Positions 37,201 to 48,426 of a DNA stretch of 64,000 bases are shown here, in pieces. A model generated the notes under the pieces. That model made no database searches, was not told the origin of the DNA, and saw only the letters and a program-made list of their open reading frames with translations. This stretch comes from an uncultured Burkholderiales bacterium (GTDB lineage Bacteria > Pseudomonadota > Gammaproteobacteria > Burkholderiales > Burkholderiaceae_C): contig CADEDE010000004.1 in the NCBI GenBank assembly GCA_902825995.1, forward strand, positions 3,977 through 67,976, written 5' to 3'. Within the stretch, counting starts at the first letter, position 1. The number at the start of each line of letters is the position of its first letter. A program made the position numbers and the translations under genes.

Positions 37201-40200
37201 CTACGCACCCCCACCCCGCCGCCTCATCAACAAATACGCCGCCGGCACGACGAACATCGACAGCAGCGGCGCGCTGATCATGCCGCCGAGCATCGGCGCC
37301 GCGATCCGGCTCATCACCTCGGCCCCCGTGCCGCTGGCCCAGACGATCGGCACCAGGCCGGCCAGGATCACGGCCACCGTCATCGCCTTCGGGCGCACGC
37401 GCAGCACGGCGCCTTCGCGGATGGCGTCGTCCACCACGGCTTGCGAGGCCACCGCACCGGCGGCAAGGCGCGCTTGCAGCGCCTGCTTCAGGTACAGCAG
37501 CATCACGACGCCGAACTCGGCCGCCACGCCGGCCAGCGCGATGAAGCCCACCCCGGTCGCGACCGACAGGTGGTAGCCCAGCAGGTACATGAACCACACA
37601 CCGCCAGTCAGCGCGAAGGGCAGGGTGGCCATGATCAGCAGGGCCTCGTCGAGGCGGCTGAAGGTCAGGTAGAGCAGCACGAAGACGATCATCAAGGTGG
37701 CAGGAACGACGAGCTTCAGGCGCGCATTGGCGCGTTCGAGGAATTCGAACTGGCCGGAGTAGGCGATGCTCATGCCGGGCTCGAGTTTCACTTCGGCGGC
37801 CACCGCGCGGCGCAGGTCGCCCGCCACCGCGGCCAGGTCGCGCCCGCGCACATCGACATAGACCCAGCCTGAAGGCCGCGCGTTTTCGCTTTTCAGCATC
37901 GGCGGGCCGTCGGTGATGGCGATGGTTGCAACGCTGGCCAGCGTGATCTGCTGGCCCATGGCGGTGAGGATCGGCAAGGCCGCCAGGCGCTGCGGCGTAT
38001 CGCGCCACTCGCGCGGGTAGCGCAGGTTGACCGGGAAGCGCGCCCGGCCTTCGATGGTTTCGGTGACGTTTTCGCCGCCCACCGCACCAGCGATCAGGGC
38101 CTGCACATCGGCGATATTCAGGCCGTAGCGCGCGGCCGCGGCGCGGTCGATCTGCACATCGATATAGCGCCCGCCGGTCAGGCGCTCGGCCAGCGCCGAC
38201 GAGACCCCTGGCACGCCCTTGGCCACCTGCTCGATGCGCGCCGCGACACGGTCGATCGCGGCGAGTTCGCCGCCGGTGACCTTGACCCCGATCGGGCTCT
38301 TGATCCCGGTGGCCAGCATATCGATGCGGTTGCGAATCGGCGGCACCCAGATATTCGACAGCCCCGGCACTTGCACTGCGCGGTCGAGTTCTTCGACCAG
38401 CTTGTCGGGCGTCATGCCGGCGCGCCATTGCTCGCGGGGTTTGAGCTGGATGGTGGTCTCGAACATCTCCAGCGGCGCCGGGTCGGTGGCGGTTTCGGCG
38501 CGGCCGGCCTTGCCGAAGACGCGCTCGACCTCGGGCACGGTCCTGATCATGCGGTTGGTCAGTTGCAGCAGCTCGCTGGCCTTCTGCGCCGACAGCCCCG
38601 GCAGGGCCGAGGGCATATACAGCAGGTCGCCCTCGTCGATCTTGGGCAGGAACTCGCCGCCGAGTTGCGAGAGCGGCCAGGCGGTGGTGGCCAGCACGAG
38701 CACCGCGATGCCCAGCGTCGCCTTGGGCCAGCGCAGCACCCACTCCAGCGCCGGCCGATAGACGGCGATCAGTCCGCGCGTGATCGGATTCTTCTGCTCG
38801 TCGGGAATGCGCCCGCGGATCCAGTAGCCCATCAGCACCGGGATCAGCGTCACCGACAAGCCGGCCGCTGCCGCCATCGCATAGGTCTTGGTGAAGGCCA
38901 GCGGGCCGAAGAGGCGCCCCTCCTGGGCTTCGAGCGTGAAGACCGGGATGAACGACAGCGTGATGATCAGCAGCGAAAAGAACAGGGCCGGGCCGACCTC
39001 GGCCGCGGCCTCGGTCATCACCTGCCAGCGCTCTTCGCCTTCGAGTTTGGCGTCTGCGTGGGTATGCTGCCAGGCCTCGATTTTCTTGTGCGCGTTCTCG
39101 ATCATCACCACCGCGGCATCGACCATCGCGCCGATGGCGATGGCGATGCCGCCCAGCGACATGATATTGGCGTTGATGCCCTGGTAGCGCATCACCAGGA
39201 AGGCTGCGAGCACGCCCAGCGGCAGTGCGATGATGGCCACCAGGGCCGAGCGCAGGTGCCACAGGAAGACCACGCAGACGGCGGCCACGACGAGAAATTC
39301 CTCGACCAGCTTTTCCGACAGGTTGCGCACCGCGCGCTCGATCAGCGCACTGCGGTCGTAGGTGGTGACGACTTCGACGCCCTGCGGCAGGCTACCCGCC
39401 AACTCGGCGAGCTTGGCCTTCACCGCGGCGATCGTCGCCTGCGCGTTCTTGCCCGAACGCAGGATCACGATGCCGCCGGCAACCTCGCCTTCGCCGTCGA
39501 GCTCGGCGATGCCGCGGCGCATTTCGGGGCCGACCTGCACCGTGGCCACATCGCCCAGGCGCACCGGAATGCCGCCCTTGGCCGACAGCGGGATCGCGCG
39601 AAAGTCGTCCAGCGTTTTCAGGTAGCCGCTGGCGCGCACCATGTACTCGACCTCGGCGAGTTCGAGCACCGAGCCGCCGGTTTCCTGGTTGGCGGCCATC
39701 AAGGCATCGCGCAATTGCGCGTAGGTCACGCCGTAGGCCGCGAGTTTGGTCGGATCGGGCAGCACCTGGTACTGGCGCACCATGCCGCCCACACTCGCCA
39801 CCTCGGCCACATTCGGCAGGCTCTTCAACTCGTATTTCAGGAACCAGTCCTGCAAGGTACGCAACTGCGACAGGTCGTTGCGGCCGGATCGATCGACCAG
39901 CGCGTACTGGAAGATCCAGCCGACACCGGTGGCATCGGGGCCGAGCGAGGTCTTCGCGCTCGCCGGCAGCCGGCCCTGCACCTGGTTCAGATATTCGAGA
40001 ACGCGCGAGCGTGCCCAGTACAGATCGGTGCCGTCGTCGAACAGCACATAGACGAAGCTGTCGCCGAAGAACGAAAAGCCGCGCACGGTCTTCGCCCCCG
40101 GCACCGAAAGCATGGTGGTGGCCAGCGGATAGGTGACCTGGTTCTCGACGATCTGCGGCGCCTGGCCCGGGTAGCTGGTGCGGATGATGACCTGCACGTC

Positions 40201-40329
40201 CGACAGATCGGGCAGCGCATCGATCGGTGTGCTGCGCAGGCTGACGACACCCCACACCGCGATGAAGACGCTGGCCAGCAGCACCAGGAAGCGATTCGCC
40301 ACCGACCAGTGGATCAGGCGCGCGATCAT
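37201..40329 (-). CDS. cusA: Heavy-metal efflux RND pump, CusA/CzcA family
   Basis: 1042 aa starting [18 protein letters not shown]. 12-TM HME-RND architecture. The start overlaps the cusB stop. Confidence 0.93.
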   Translation of the reverse strand: MIARLIHWSVANRFLVLLASVFIAVWGVVSLRSTPIDALPDLSDVQVIIRTSYPGQAPQIVENQVTYPLATTMLSVPGAKTVRGFSFFGDSFVYVLFDDGTDLYWARSRVLEYLNQVQGRLPASAKTSLGPDATGVGWIFQYALVDRSGRNDLSQLRTLQDWFLKYELKSLPNVAEVASVGGMVRQYQVLPDPTKLAAYGVTYAQLRDALMAANQETGGSVLELAEVEYMVRASGYLKTLDDFRAIPLSAKGGIPVRLGDVATVQVGPEMRRGIAELDGEGEVAGGIVILRSGKNAQATIAAVKAKLAELAGSLPQGVEVVTTYDRSALIERAVRNLSEKLVEEFLVVAAVCVVFLWHLRSALVAIIALPLGVLAAFLVMRYQGINANIMSLGGIAIAIGAMVDAAVVMIENAHKKIEAWQHTHADAKLEGEERWQVMTEAAAEVGPALFFSLLIITLSFIPVFTLEAQEGRLFGPLAFTKTYAMAAAAGLSVTLIPVLMGYWIRGRIPDEQKNPITRGLIAVYRPALEWVLRWPKATLGIAVLVLATTAWPLSQLGGEFLPKIDEGDLLYMPSALPGLSAQKASELLQLTNRMIRTVPEVERVFGKAGRAETATDPAPLEMFETTIQLKPREQWRAGMTPDKLVEELDRAVQVPGLSNIWVPPIRNRIDMLATGIKSPIGVKVTGGELAAIDRVAARIEQVAKGVPGVSSALAERLTGGRYIDVQIDRAAAARYGLNIADVQALIAGAVGGENVTETIEGRARFPVNLRYPREWRDTPQRLAALPILTAMGQQITLASVATIAITDGPPMLKSENARPSGWVYVDVRGRDLAAVAGDLRRAVAAEVKLEPGMSIAYSGQFEFLERANARLKLVVPATLMIVFVLLYLTFSRLDEALLIMATLPFALTGGVWFMYLLGYHLSVATGVGFIALAGVAAEFGVVMLLYLKQALQARLAAGAVASQAVVDDAIREGAVLRVRPKAMTVAVILAGLVPIVWASGTGAEVMSRIAAPMLGGMISAPLLSMFVVPAAYLLMRRRGGGA

Positions 40330-41864
40330 CGCGTCGCTCCGCTGGCGGCGGCCGGTGCGGCCCGGGTCAGCACATAGTCGTCACCCTGCTTCGCAAAACC
40401 GAAGTCGATGACCTGGCCCTTCTTCAGGCCTTTGGCGAGCGACTTGTCGGCGAGCTTGAACGGCATCGTCATCGCCGGCCACTTCAGCGCCGGCACGGCC
40501 TCATGCTCGAGCGTGATGCTGTCGGCCGCGATCTCGACGACGGTGCCGCGGGTGCCATAGCCGGCCGCGGCCGACGTCGGCGGCGTCGAGGCTGCCGCCG
40601 CGGCTGCAACCGCCGGCGCCGCAGCGCGCGCCAGCACGCCCTGCAGGCTGGCTTCCGAGTCGATCAGGAACTGGCCCGAGGCGACGACCTGCTGGCCTGC
40701 ACTCAGGCCGCTGCGGATGACGATGCGCTCACCGGCCTGCTCGCCGAGCTCGACCTCGACCGGGCGGTAGCGCCCGGGCGCCTCCGACAGATAGACCAGG
40801 CTGCGCCTGCCGGTGCGGATGACGGCCTCGGCCGGCACCACCAGTGCGGGCCGCTGCGCGCCTTGCAGGCTGACCTGCGCGAACAGGCCGGCCTTCAGGC
40901 GCTGCTTCGGGTTCGGCAGCTCGATGCGCAGGCGCAGCGTTCGCGTCTCGCGGTTGCCCTCGGGCAGGATCGCCGCGACGCGGCCCTTGACCACTTCACC
41001 CGGCAGCGCCGGAAAGCGGGCCTCGACCACTTGCCCCGGCTGGATCACCGCCGCCTGCGCCTCGGGCAGCGCCGCTTCGAGCCACACCGTGCCCAGGCCG
41101 TTGATGCGTGCCAGCGTCATGCCCGGCGCGACGGTCATGCCGGCGCGCACCATCAGCTCGCTGATCACGCCGCCGGCCGGGGCGCCGATGGTCTGCACCG
41201 CCACCGGTTGACCCGAGCGCTCGACGCGGTCGATCATCGCCGCGGGCAGGCCCAGCAGCACCAGGCGCTGGCGCGCGGCCTGTGCCAGCGCGGCGTCGCC
41301 GGTGGCCCTGACCGCCAGATATTCCTGCTGCGCGCCGAGCCACTCCGGGTTCAACACATCGACCAGCGGCGCGCCGGCCGCCACCACATCGCCCGGCGCG
41401 CGCGCATAGACACGCTCGACGAAGCCGGCGCTGCGCGCCTGCACGATGCTGACATCGCGCTCATTGAGCTGCACCGTGCCGACGGCCTCGACCGCCGCGC
41501 CAATGGCCTGCATCTGGACCGTGGCCAGACGCAAGCCGAGCGCCTGCCGGGCCTGTGCCGAAACGGCCAGTGCCGGCGTCGCATCGCCTGGGGCGGCTTC
41601 GGCCTGGCCTTCGTCGGCGTAGCGCGGGACCAGTTGCATATCCATGAACGGCGACTTACCGGGCTTGTCGAACTTCTGCGTCGGCGACATCGGGTCGTAC
41701 CAATACAGAACCTTGCGCTCGGCCGATGCCGCCGCCGCGGGCGCCTGCACTGCGCCGCCGCTGGCGCCGTGCTGCGCGGCGCCGCGCCAAGAGGCGATGC
41801 CCCAGCCGGCGGCGATGCCGATGGCCAGTGCGATCGAGGCGAAAGTGAGTTGCTTGGTGATCAT
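40326..41864 (-). CDS. cusB: Efflux RND periplasmic adaptor fused to a C-terminal CusF-like Cu(I)/Ag(I) binding domain
   Basis: 512 aa from ATG 41864 ([16 protein letters not shown]). The adaptor core starts with [26 protein letters not shown]. The C-terminal ~90 aa ([32 protein letters not shown]...VIDFGF) match the CusF WPxMTMxF signature. Confidence 0.88.
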   Translation of the reverse strand: MITKQLTFASIALAIGIAAGWGIASWRGAAQHGASGGAVQAPAAAASAERKVLYWYDPMSPTQKFDKPGKSPFMDMQLVPRYADEGQAEAAPGDATPALAVSAQARQALGLRLATVQMQAIGAAVEAVGTVQLNERDVSIVQARSAGFVERVYARAPGDVVAAGAPLVDVLNPEWLGAQQEYLAVRATGDAALAQAARQRLVLLGLPAAMIDRVERSGQPVAVQTIGAPAGGVISELMVRAGMTVAPGMTLARINGLGTVWLEAALPEAQAAVIQPGQVVEARFPALPGEVVKGRVAAILPEGNRETRTLRLRIELPNPKQRLKAGLFAQVSLQGAQRPALVVPAEAVIRTGRRSLVYLSEAPGRYRPVEVELGEQAGERIVIRSGLSAGQQVVASGQFLIDSEASLQGVLARAAAPAVAAAAAASTPPTSAAAGYGTRGTVVEIAADSITLEHEAVPALKWPAMTMPFKLADKSLAKGLKKGQVIDFGFAKQGDDYVLTRAAPAAASGATR

Positions 41865-42004
41865 GTCAGTTGCTCCAATGCGCTTTGCGCGACCCACGAT
41901 GCGAGGGACGCGAGGTCGTTCCAAGCAACCGCAGCGGATCCGGCTCTGCCGGTCCGCCAGCGTGCCTTGCGGGCCGCATGGCCGCGAGATGCGGCCATTC
42001 CTCG

Positions 42005-42093
42005 GCCCGTCCAAGCCGACGCAGGTCGGCTCGGAGCCGCGGGCCTTGGCCCCCTTGAGGGGGAGCGGCGAAGCCGCTTCGGGGGTGGTCTCA
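42005..42093 (-). repeat. Family-1-related element, copy F (cusC-cusB intergenic, divergent and longer)
   Basis: Minus-strand read: TGAGACCACCCCCGAAGCGGCTTCGCCGCTCCCCCTCAAGGGGGCCAAGGCCCGCGGCTCCGAGCCGACCTGCGTCGGCTTGGACGGGCCGAG. It keeps the TGA start, C-tract, CCCC..AAGGGGG core and CTTGG..GGCC end, but carries an extra internal hairpin. Confidence 0.55.
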
Positions 42094-42094
42094 A

Positions 42095-43336
42095 TTACTG
42101 CTCCGCGATCAGGGTGGTCAGGCGCACGCGCAAGGCCGCGCGTTGGGCATCGAGGTCGATTAATCGCAGCCGCGTTTCCACGGCCTCGCGCCGGGCGGTC
42201 AATACCGCTGCCAAGTCGCCGCGCCCGGCCTGGTAGCTGGCCAGGGCCAGGGCCACGCGCTCGGCTGCCAGCGCCAAGCCGCTGCCGTCGAGCCGCGCGC
42301 GCTGCGCATCGAGCGCCTGCAGTTCGGCGAGCTGGCCTTCGATCTCCTCGCCATGTTTGCGCAGCGTCTCGTCGCGCTCGGCCTCGACGCGTTGCACCTC
42401 CGCCTGTTTGGCGGCGATCTGCGGCTGCTGGCGCCGGCCTTTCTGCCACGGCAGGTCGAAGCTGAACTGGAACGACAGCATGTCGCTGAATTGCGGCCCG
42501 CGGCGCTGGTAGGCCAGCTCCCACGACCAGTCGCCGCGCTGCTCGGCATCGGCCTCGCCGACTTCCGCCTGCGCCATCGCCTGCATCGCCGCATAGGGCG
42601 CGATCTCGGCGTGGCGGTGCAGGCCGGTGCGCACGGCCTCGGCCTCGACGGCGACCGTTGGCGGCTCGCCCGCCAGCGCCTCGTCGGCGCGCGCACCGAC
42701 CCAGCGGCGCAGCGCGGCCCGCGCCTTGGCCACATCGCGCACGGCGTCGTCGCGGCGGTCGGCCAGCGCCAGCGCCTCCTGTCGCGCCATCGTGCGCTCG
42801 GCCGGCATGGCCTTGCCGGAAACGACGCGCGCATCCAGCGTCTCCTGCACGACGCGGTTCTCGCGCTCGAGCTCCGTCAATTGCGCCGCACGGCGTTCGG
42901 CAAAAAATACGCCGAGCCAGGCCAGCGCCGCCTCGCGCTGCACGGCGAGTTGCGCCACCACCAGCATCGCGCGCTCGCGCTCGATGCGCGCCAGCGCGCC
43001 GGCCGCACGCGCCTCGCGCTTGCCGCGATTGGGCACTTCCTGCATCACCCCGATGCGCTGCATGGTCATGAAGTCGCGCGTCAGGCTGAAGCGGTCGGCG
43101 CCGCTGATCGGCAGGTTATCGATGCCGACGGACAGGCGCGGATCGGGCAGCGCCGTCGCCGCTGGTTGCACGGCGCGGGCGCCGGCCAGCGCGTGCTGTT
43201 GCGCGGCCAGCGAGGGCGCCTGCTCGCGCGCCAAGCGGCCGGCTTCGTCGAAGCTCAGCGCGGCGTGGGCCGGCAGCGGCCCGGCGAGCGCCGCTGCGGC
43301 GAGAACCGCGCAGGCGCGGTGAGGGGAGAAAAGCAT
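42095..43336 (-). CDS. cusC: Outer-membrane efflux protein (CusC/CzcC, TolC family)
   Basis: 413 aa from ATG 43336 with a signal peptide (AVLAAAALAGPLPAHA) and a two-repeat TolC-like coiled-coil pattern. Confidence 0.85.
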   Translation of the reverse strand: MLFSPHRACAVLAAAALAGPLPAHAALSFDEAGRLAREQAPSLAAQQHALAGARAVQPAATALPDPRLSVGIDNLPISGADRFSLTRDFMTMQRIGVMQEVPNRGKREARAAGALARIERERAMLVVAQLAVQREAALAWLGVFFAERRAAQLTELERENRVVQETLDARVVSGKAMPAERTMARQEALALADRRDDAVRDVAKARAALRRWVGARADEALAGEPPTVAVEAEAVRTGLHRHAEIAPYAAMQAMAQAEVGEADAEQRGDWSWELAYQRRGPQFSDMLSFQFSFDLPWQKGRRQQPQIAAKQAEVQRVEAERDETLRKHGEEIEGQLAELQALDAQRARLDGSGLALAAERVALALASYQAGRGDLAAVLTARREAVETRLRLIDLDAQRAALRVRLTTLIAEQ

Positions 43337-43418
43337 GGTCTGTCCTTCGAGGCAATCCGAGCGGGGAAGTCCGGCACGCCGCGCCTGCATCGATGCAGAC
43401 GCGGCCGCACGGTCCACG

Positions 43419-43814
43419 CTAGTTGCGAAGGACGAGCAGGCGCAGGTACAGCGGTGGCGAACCCGGCGGCGCGGCGCCGGCCGGCAGCATCGACCCGCGT
43501 TCCGCGGGCTGCACCGGCAGGTGCATGGCTTGCCCCCAGTCGAGCACCGCCAGCAAGACGGGGCTGCCCGGCACATCGGCGGCCGGTGTCGGCTGCGGCG
43601 TCTGCGCGCCCTGCTGGCAATGCGCCTGGCACAGCAGCGGCTGATCCGGGTCCATCGCGCCGGGCATATTGCCGGCGCAGCCCGGCATCTCGGCCATCGC
43701 CGCCGCGGCCTGGGCTTGCGCCAACGCGGCCGGGCAGGCGTAGGCCGCCAGCGCGAACTGCACCGACAGCAGCGCCACGGACAGGCAGCGAATCAGGCAG
43801 CGATGAAAACGCAT
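43419..43814 (-). CDS. Small secreted Cys/Met/His-containing protein heading the cusCBA cluster (CzcI/CopL-like)
   Basis: 131 aa with a signal peptide, then AYACP...MPGCAGNMPGAMDPDQPLLCQAHCQQG and a C-terminal PPLYLRLLVL motif shared with the ORF at 49771-50202. Confidence 0.6.
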   Translation of the reverse strand: MRFHRCLIRCLSVALLSVQFALAAYACPAALAQAQAAAAMAEMPGCAGNMPGAMDPDQPLLCQAHCQQGAQTPQPTPAADVPGSPVLLAVLDWGQAMHLPVQPAERGSMLPAGAAPPGSPPLYLRLLVLRN

Positions 43815-43882
43815 GAGCGAAGTCTAAGTGTTCCGAGGGCCATGCGCTTGACCCACGACAAGCGTTGCGCACGGATCATGTC

Positions 43883-43908
43883 GCGGCGGCGTGAGCGAAT
43901 GCCGCCGC
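43883..43908 (-). terminator. Stem-loop after the DUF457-like gene
   Basis: GCGGCGGC-N10-GCCGCCGC: an 8-bp GC stem located 12 nt past the stop of the 43920-44459 CDS. Confidence 0.35.
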
Positions 43909-43919
43909 CCTGGTCGAGA

Positions 43920-44459
43920 TCAGCCAGGGCGGACTTTCCTGCCGCGCCACAGCCAGCCGGCGACGGTGGCCAGCGCGAGATAGTTGAGGGCCATGAACCA
44001 CGGCGTATTCCAGGCCAGGCCATCGAAGCCGCGTTCGCTGAACGGGTACAGGATCGGGGTCGAAAAGAAGGCCGCCGAATGCGTGAAGACATCGATCACC
44101 AGATGCGACCACCAGCCGAGCAGCGGCAGCCACAGGGATCGCAATACCGCCCACGACAGCAGCGTGACCGCGCCGGCCACGAGGGCGCTGTGCAGCGTGC
44201 AATGCAGGTGGTAGGACCAGGCCGCGACCAGCGGCGGCAGCGCGGGCAGTTGGCCCGGTACCGGGAACGCATGGGCCAGCACGGCGCTGGCTGAGCCCTT
44301 GCCGAAGAGCCACCAGGCGGCGATCGGCAGCAGGTGCAGCAGATCGGGCAGAGCGGCCAGCGCCATCGCCGCGGCGATCGTGCGCGGTGCGACGGGGACG
44401 CGCCGGCCCAGCGCCGCCATGCCCGCGCCGGCCCACAGGGTATGCGCGACGATATCCAC
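43920..44459 (-). CDS. Membrane-bound metal-dependent hydrolase (DUF457/YdjM-like)
   Basis: 179 aa starting MDIVAHTLWAGAG, with histidines embedded in TM helices (HLLP, YHLHCTLHS, WWSHLVIDVFTH). Confidence 0.7.
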   Translation of the reverse strand: MDIVAHTLWAGAGMAALGRRVPVAPRTIAAAMALAALPDLLHLLPIAAWWLFGKGSASAVLAHAFPVPGQLPALPPLVAAWSYHLHCTLHSALVAGAVTLLSWAVLRSLWLPLLGWWSHLVIDVFTHSAAFFSTPILYPFSERGFDGLAWNTPWFMALNYLALATVAGWLWRGRKVRPG

Positions 44460-44465
44460 GGCCGC

Positions 44466-46643
44466 TCAGCCTCGGCCCTGAATCAGCGCGGCTCGGCGCA
44501 GGCGCAGGGCATTGCCGATCACCGAAGCCGAGCTGAAGCTCATCGCCAGCGCGGCGATCAGCGGCGACAACAGCCAGCCGGTCAGCGGGTACAACAGGCC
44601 GGCGGCGATCGGGATGCCGAGCGCGTTGTAGAGGAAGGCGAAGAGCAGGTTCTGCTTCATATTGGCCACGGTGGCTTGCGACAGCGCGCGTGCGATGGCG
44701 ATGCCACGCAGATCGCCTTTGACGAGAGTGACCTGGGCGCTGTTCATCGCCACATCGGTGCCGGTGCCCATCGCGATGCCGACATCGGCCTTGGCCAGCG
44801 CCGGCGCATCGTTGATGCCGTCGCCGGCCATCGCCACCACGCGGCTCTCCTTTTGCAGCCGTTCGACCAGGATCAGCTTGTCGGCGGGCTTGACCTCGCC
44901 ATGCACCTCGTCGATGCCGAGCTTTGCTGCGACCGCCCTGGCTGTGGTCAGGCCATCGCCGGTGGCCATCACGATGCGCAGGCCGGCGGCTTTCAGCGTC
45001 GCCAGCGCCTCGGGTGTGCTCGGCTTGACCGGGTCGGAGACGGCCAGCAGGCCGAGCAGGCGGCCATCGGCGGCCAGATGCATCACGCTGGCGCCTTGCG
45101 CACGCAGCGCCTCGGCCTGCGGCAGCAGGACGTCCACCGCAACGCCGATCTGCTGCATGAGAGCGGTATTCCCGAGCGCGAGTTGGTGCCCCGCGACCTG
45201 GCCGCGCACGCCGATGCCGGAGGACGATTCGAAGCTCTCCGGTTTGTCCAGCGCCATGCCGCGCTCGCGCGCGGCGCGCACGATGGTTTCGGCCAGAGGG
45301 TGTTCGCTGCCCTGGTCCAGGCTGGCGGCCAGGCGCAGCACTTCATCAGCCTCGAAGCCGGGGGCCGGGACGGCACGCTCGAAGGCCGGCCGGCCCTCGG
45401 TCAGGGTGCCGGTCTTGTCGATGATCAGGGTGTCGATCTTGCGCAGGTTCTCGATCGCCGAGGCATCGCGAAAGAGCACGCCCTGCGTCGCGCCGCGGCC
45501 GCTGGCGACCATGATCGACATCGGAGTGGCCAGGCCCAGGGCGCAGGGGCAGGCGATGATCAAGACCGCCACGGCATTGATCAGGCCATAGACCCAACTC
45601 GGCTCGGGGCCGAACCAACCCCAGGCGAAGAAGGTCAGCAAGGCGATGCCGACCACCGCAACGACGAAATAGCCCGCGACCACGTCGGCCATGCGCTGCA
45701 TCGGCGCCTTGGAGCGCTGCGCCTGGGCGACCATCTGCACGATCTGCGCGAGCACCGTTGCCGAACCAACCCGCTCGGAGCGCATCACCAGCGCGCCGCT
45801 GGTATTGAGCGTCGCGCCGATCAGCTTGTCGCCGATGCGCTTGCTCACCGGCAGCGGCTCGCCGGTGAGCATCGATTCATCGACCGCGCTGCCGCCTTCG
45901 ATGACCGTGCCATCGACGGGCACCGTCTCGCCAGGCCGGATTCGCAGCCTGTCGCCGACATGGACGTTGGCCAGCGGGATATCTTCGTCCGTGCCGTCGT
46001 CGCGGATGCGCCGCGCGGTCTTCGGCGCCAGGCCGAGCAGCGAGCGGATCGCAGCCGAGGTCTGCGACCGCGCCTTCAACTCCAGCACCTGCCCGAGCAG
46101 GGTCAGCGAAACGATGACCACGGCGGCCTCGAAATAGACGGCGACCCGGCCCATCGAGACGAACGATGCCGGAAAGACCTGCGGCGCAACGGTGGCCACC
46201 ACGCTGTAGAGAAACGCCGCACCGGTGCCCAGGCCGATCAATGTCCACATATTCGGGCTGCGGTTCACCACCGATTGCCAGCCGCGGGCGAAGAACGGCC
46301 AGCCCGCCCAGAGCAAAATCGGCGCCGACAGCACCAGCTCGACCCAGCTTTGCGTCGCCATGTCGAGCCCCTGCAGGCGCTGGCCGAACATCGCGATCAG
46401 GGTGACGACCACGGTCAACGGCAGGGTCCACCAGAAGCGGCGCTGAAAGTCCAGCAGCTCCGCGTTCTCGCCTTCTTCGAGTTCGGGCAACAACGCTTCG
46501 AGCGTCATGCCGCACTTGGGGCAATGGCTTGGGCGGTCCTGTCGGATCTCCGGGTGCATCGGGCAGGTGTAGATCGTTCCGGCAGCGGTCGCCGCGATCG
46601 GGGCGGCGGGGCTGCCTGTATGTGTCATGCGCTCGGCATTCAT
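44466..46643 (-). CDS. copA: Copper/silver-translocating P1B-type ATPase
   Basis: Motifs [31 protein letters not shown]...P and [15 protein letters not shown]. The N-terminal metal site is the [22 protein letters not shown] type rather than a GMTCxxC HMA domain. The start could be 46643 or 46676. Confidence 0.92.
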   Translation of the reverse strand: MNAERMTHTGSPAAPIAATAAGTIYTCPMHPEIRQDRPSHCPKCGMTLEALLPELEEGENAELLDFQRRFWWTLPLTVVVTLIAMFGQRLQGLDMATQSWVELVLSAPILLWAGWPFFARGWQSVVNRSPNMWTLIGLGTGAAFLYSVVATVAPQVFPASFVSMGRVAVYFEAAVVIVSLTLLGQVLELKARSQTSAAIRSLLGLAPKTARRIRDDGTDEDIPLANVHVGDRLRIRPGETVPVDGTVIEGGSAVDESMLTGEPLPVSKRIGDKLIGATLNTSGALVMRSERVGSATVLAQIVQMVAQAQRSKAPMQRMADVVAGYFVVAVVGIALLTFFAWGWFGPEPSWVYGLINAVAVLIIACPCALGLATPMSIMVASGRGATQGVLFRDASAIENLRKIDTLIIDKTGTLTEGRPAFERAVPAPGFEADEVLRLAASLDQGSEHPLAETIVRAARERGMALDKPESFESSSGIGVRGQVAGHQLALGNTALMQQIGVAVDVLLPQAEALRAQGASVMHLAADGRLLGLLAVSDPVKPSTPEALATLKAAGLRIVMATGDGLTTARAVAAKLGIDEVHGEVKPADKLILVERLQKESRVVAMAGDGINDAPALAKADVGIAMGTGTDVAMNSAQVTLVKGDLRGIAIARALSQATVANMKQNLLFAFLYNALGIPIAAGLLYPLTGWLLSPLIAALAMSFSSASVIGNALRLRRAALIQGRG

Positions 46644-46663
46644 CGGCTCGCTCCTTCGGGCGC

Positions 46664-47097
46664 TCAGAGCTGCCACTTGAATGTGCGCGCGGCGGCTTCA
46701 CCCGGCCGCACGATCCGCAGTTCGATCGACGCCGGCCGCGGCGCAGGCACGTCGAAGGCCAGCACGCCTTCGCGGTGGTGACTGCCTGGGACCGTCTCAA
46801 CCCAGCTCGAGGGCTTGAGCGTGCGCCCGTCGTCGGTCGTCAAGCTGGCGCTTCGAGCCAGGTCGTCGTTCAGATCGGCGCTGTGGGTGTCGAGCACGAT
46901 GCTGAATTCCCAGCGGCTGCCGGCAGCGCCGATCGCCTTGGGCGTCACCTTGACCGTGACCCCGCCATCGACCGACGACTGGGTGGCCGGCGCCGCGCCA
47001 GCCGCCGGTGCCGTTGCCGCCAGCGGCGATGCAGCCAGCAGCAGCGCGGCCAGCGACACGGCGATCCTGGCTCTGGACATGCTTCGTAGCGATGACA
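46664..47097 (-). CDS. Secreted hypothetical protein
   Basis: 144 aa with a signal peptide ([15 protein letters not shown]), beta-rich sequence and a conserved-looking LDTHS...GSHHREG segment. Confidence 0.6.
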
Positions 47098-47189
47098 TGA
47101 ATGCTCCTTGGCAACAGTGGATGAGTGCCGCTGGTAAATGCGTCAAGCGGCGCTCGATGGCGTGCCTGTGGCCGAATAACACAGGCGCT

Positions 47190-47411
47190 TCACTCCCGGC
47201 CCCGATCTCGCTGAGTCGGCGGCGGTCCGGCCGCTGCGCCGCGCCCGTCGTGCCACAGGACGAGCAAGAGCAGCACCGGACACAGGGCCAGCAGAACCCA
47301 GGGCAGCGCGCCGAAGGCATGCGCGCGGTGTTCCGTCACCATGAAGAACAGGCCGATGGCGACGAAGGCGGCGAGAACGGCCTGGGCGATGCTCGAGCGG
47401 TGGATGCGCAT
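47190..47411 (-). CDS. DUF2933-type small membrane protein
   Basis: MRIHRSSIAQAVLAAFVAIGLFFMVTEHRAHAFGALPWVLLALCP. AGGAGAG RBS upstream. Confidence 0.7.
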   Translation of the reverse strand: MRIHRSSIAQAVLAAFVAIGLFFMVTEHRAHAFGALPWVLLALCPVLLLLVLWHDGRGAAAGPPPTQRDRGRE

Positions 47412-47427
47412 GGAGGCTCTCCTGCTG

Positions 47428-47898
47428 TCAGCGCGTTTCACGCTGAGGCGACCACGCTGACAGCGTGAACTCGATAGCGCCGCTGCGGCCCGGCAGCTTG
47501 ACCAGAATGCGGAACTGGCGCGGCCCGCCCTTGGCGGTCGAGAACAACTGGCCGTAGGAGGCCTGGCCGTCGATCGTCATCGGCGTCAGATATTTCGGCG
47601 CCGCATCGACGATCCCGACCTCATGCAGCCGGGCCTGCACCACGGCATCCCCGATGCGTTGGCCGTCGGCCTTGAACAGCGCGACCACGAGGTGCTGGTT
47701 CTGACCGCCGTCCCTGGGCACGACGCCGTGCATTTCTTCGAGCGCGTGCTTGCCCGACACGACGGCCGCCGGCACCAGGCCCCAGTACAGCACCACGCCG
47801 TCGCGCTCGAGGCGCGCTTGCGCCGAGGCAAGAGGTGATGCGATGGCAGGCAGCATCGCCGTAAAGAGGCTGGCGATCCTGGCGTGGCTGAATGTCAT
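47428..47898 (-). CDS. Secreted hypothetical protein (possible periplasmic metal-binding fold)
   Basis: 156 aa from ATG 47898 (GGAGA RBS) with a signal peptide ending ASAQA. The pattern HLVVALFKADGQRIGDAVVQARL...LTPMTIDGQASYGQLF resembles periplasmic metal-binding beta-sandwich proteins; this is tentative. Confidence 0.55.
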   Translation of the reverse strand: MTFSHARIASLFTAMLPAIASPLASAQARLERDGVVLYWGLVPAAVVSGKHALEEMHGVVPRDGGQNQHLVVALFKADGQRIGDAVVQARLHEVGIVDAAPKYLTPMTIDGQASYGQLFSTAKGGPRQFRILVKLPGRSGAIEFTLSAWSPQRETR

Positions 47899-47971
47899 GG
47901 CAATCTCCGGGTTCATCGCGATGTATCGGGGCAGTGGCTTTCGGTGGCGCAATACGTATTCGGCGTCAACA

Positions 47972-48130
47972 TCACGCATCGCGGCGAGCCGGACCGGATG
48001 CACCGAAGCCGGGAAAGAAGCGCGGCGTCTGGCTCGCGTAGCGCTCCCACTCAGCGCCGAAACGCTCAGCCGCTTCGCGCTCTTCCGCGATCGACAGGCG
48101 CACATACATCGCGCACAGGATCGGGAACAT
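47972..48130 (-). pseudogene. Remnant of an isoprenylcysteine carboxyl methyltransferase (ICMT)-family gene (last ~50 codons)
   Basis: The peptide VRLSIAEEREAAERFGAEWERYASQTPRFFPGFG matches the ICMT-family C-terminus. The remaining ~150 N-terminal codons are absent. Confidence 0.45.
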
Positions 48131-48152
48131 CTCATGACATCTCCTGGCTCGC

Positions 48153-48401
48153 TCAATGCGAATGGCGCGGCGGCGATTCATCGTTGGGTGGCGCCGCATC
48201 GGGCGAGCGATCCTGCCGCGGCTGGCCATGCCCGCCGTGGCCGCCGTGGCCGAACAAATGCATCAGCGGGCAGGCCAGGATGATCAGAAACGGCGCCACC
48301 TCCCACAGGTGGGCGCCGTGGTTGACGACCAGCCAGGCGACCGCGGCCGCCAGGCCGAGCCACAGCAGCCATTGATTCCACTTCGACCAGTCGCGGTTCA
48401 T
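48153..48401 (-). CDS. DUF2933-type small membrane protein with a His-rich tail
   Basis: MNRDWSKWNQWLLWLGLAAAVAWLVVNHGAHLWEVAPFLIILACPLMHLFGHGGHGGHG. Confidence 0.7.
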   Translation of the reverse strand: MNRDWSKWNQWLLWLGLAAAVAWLVVNHGAHLWEVAPFLIILACPLMHLFGHGGHGGHGQPRQDRSPDAAPPNDESPPRHSH

Positions 48402-48426
48402 GCGTCTCTCCTTGGAAAGCTCTCGA

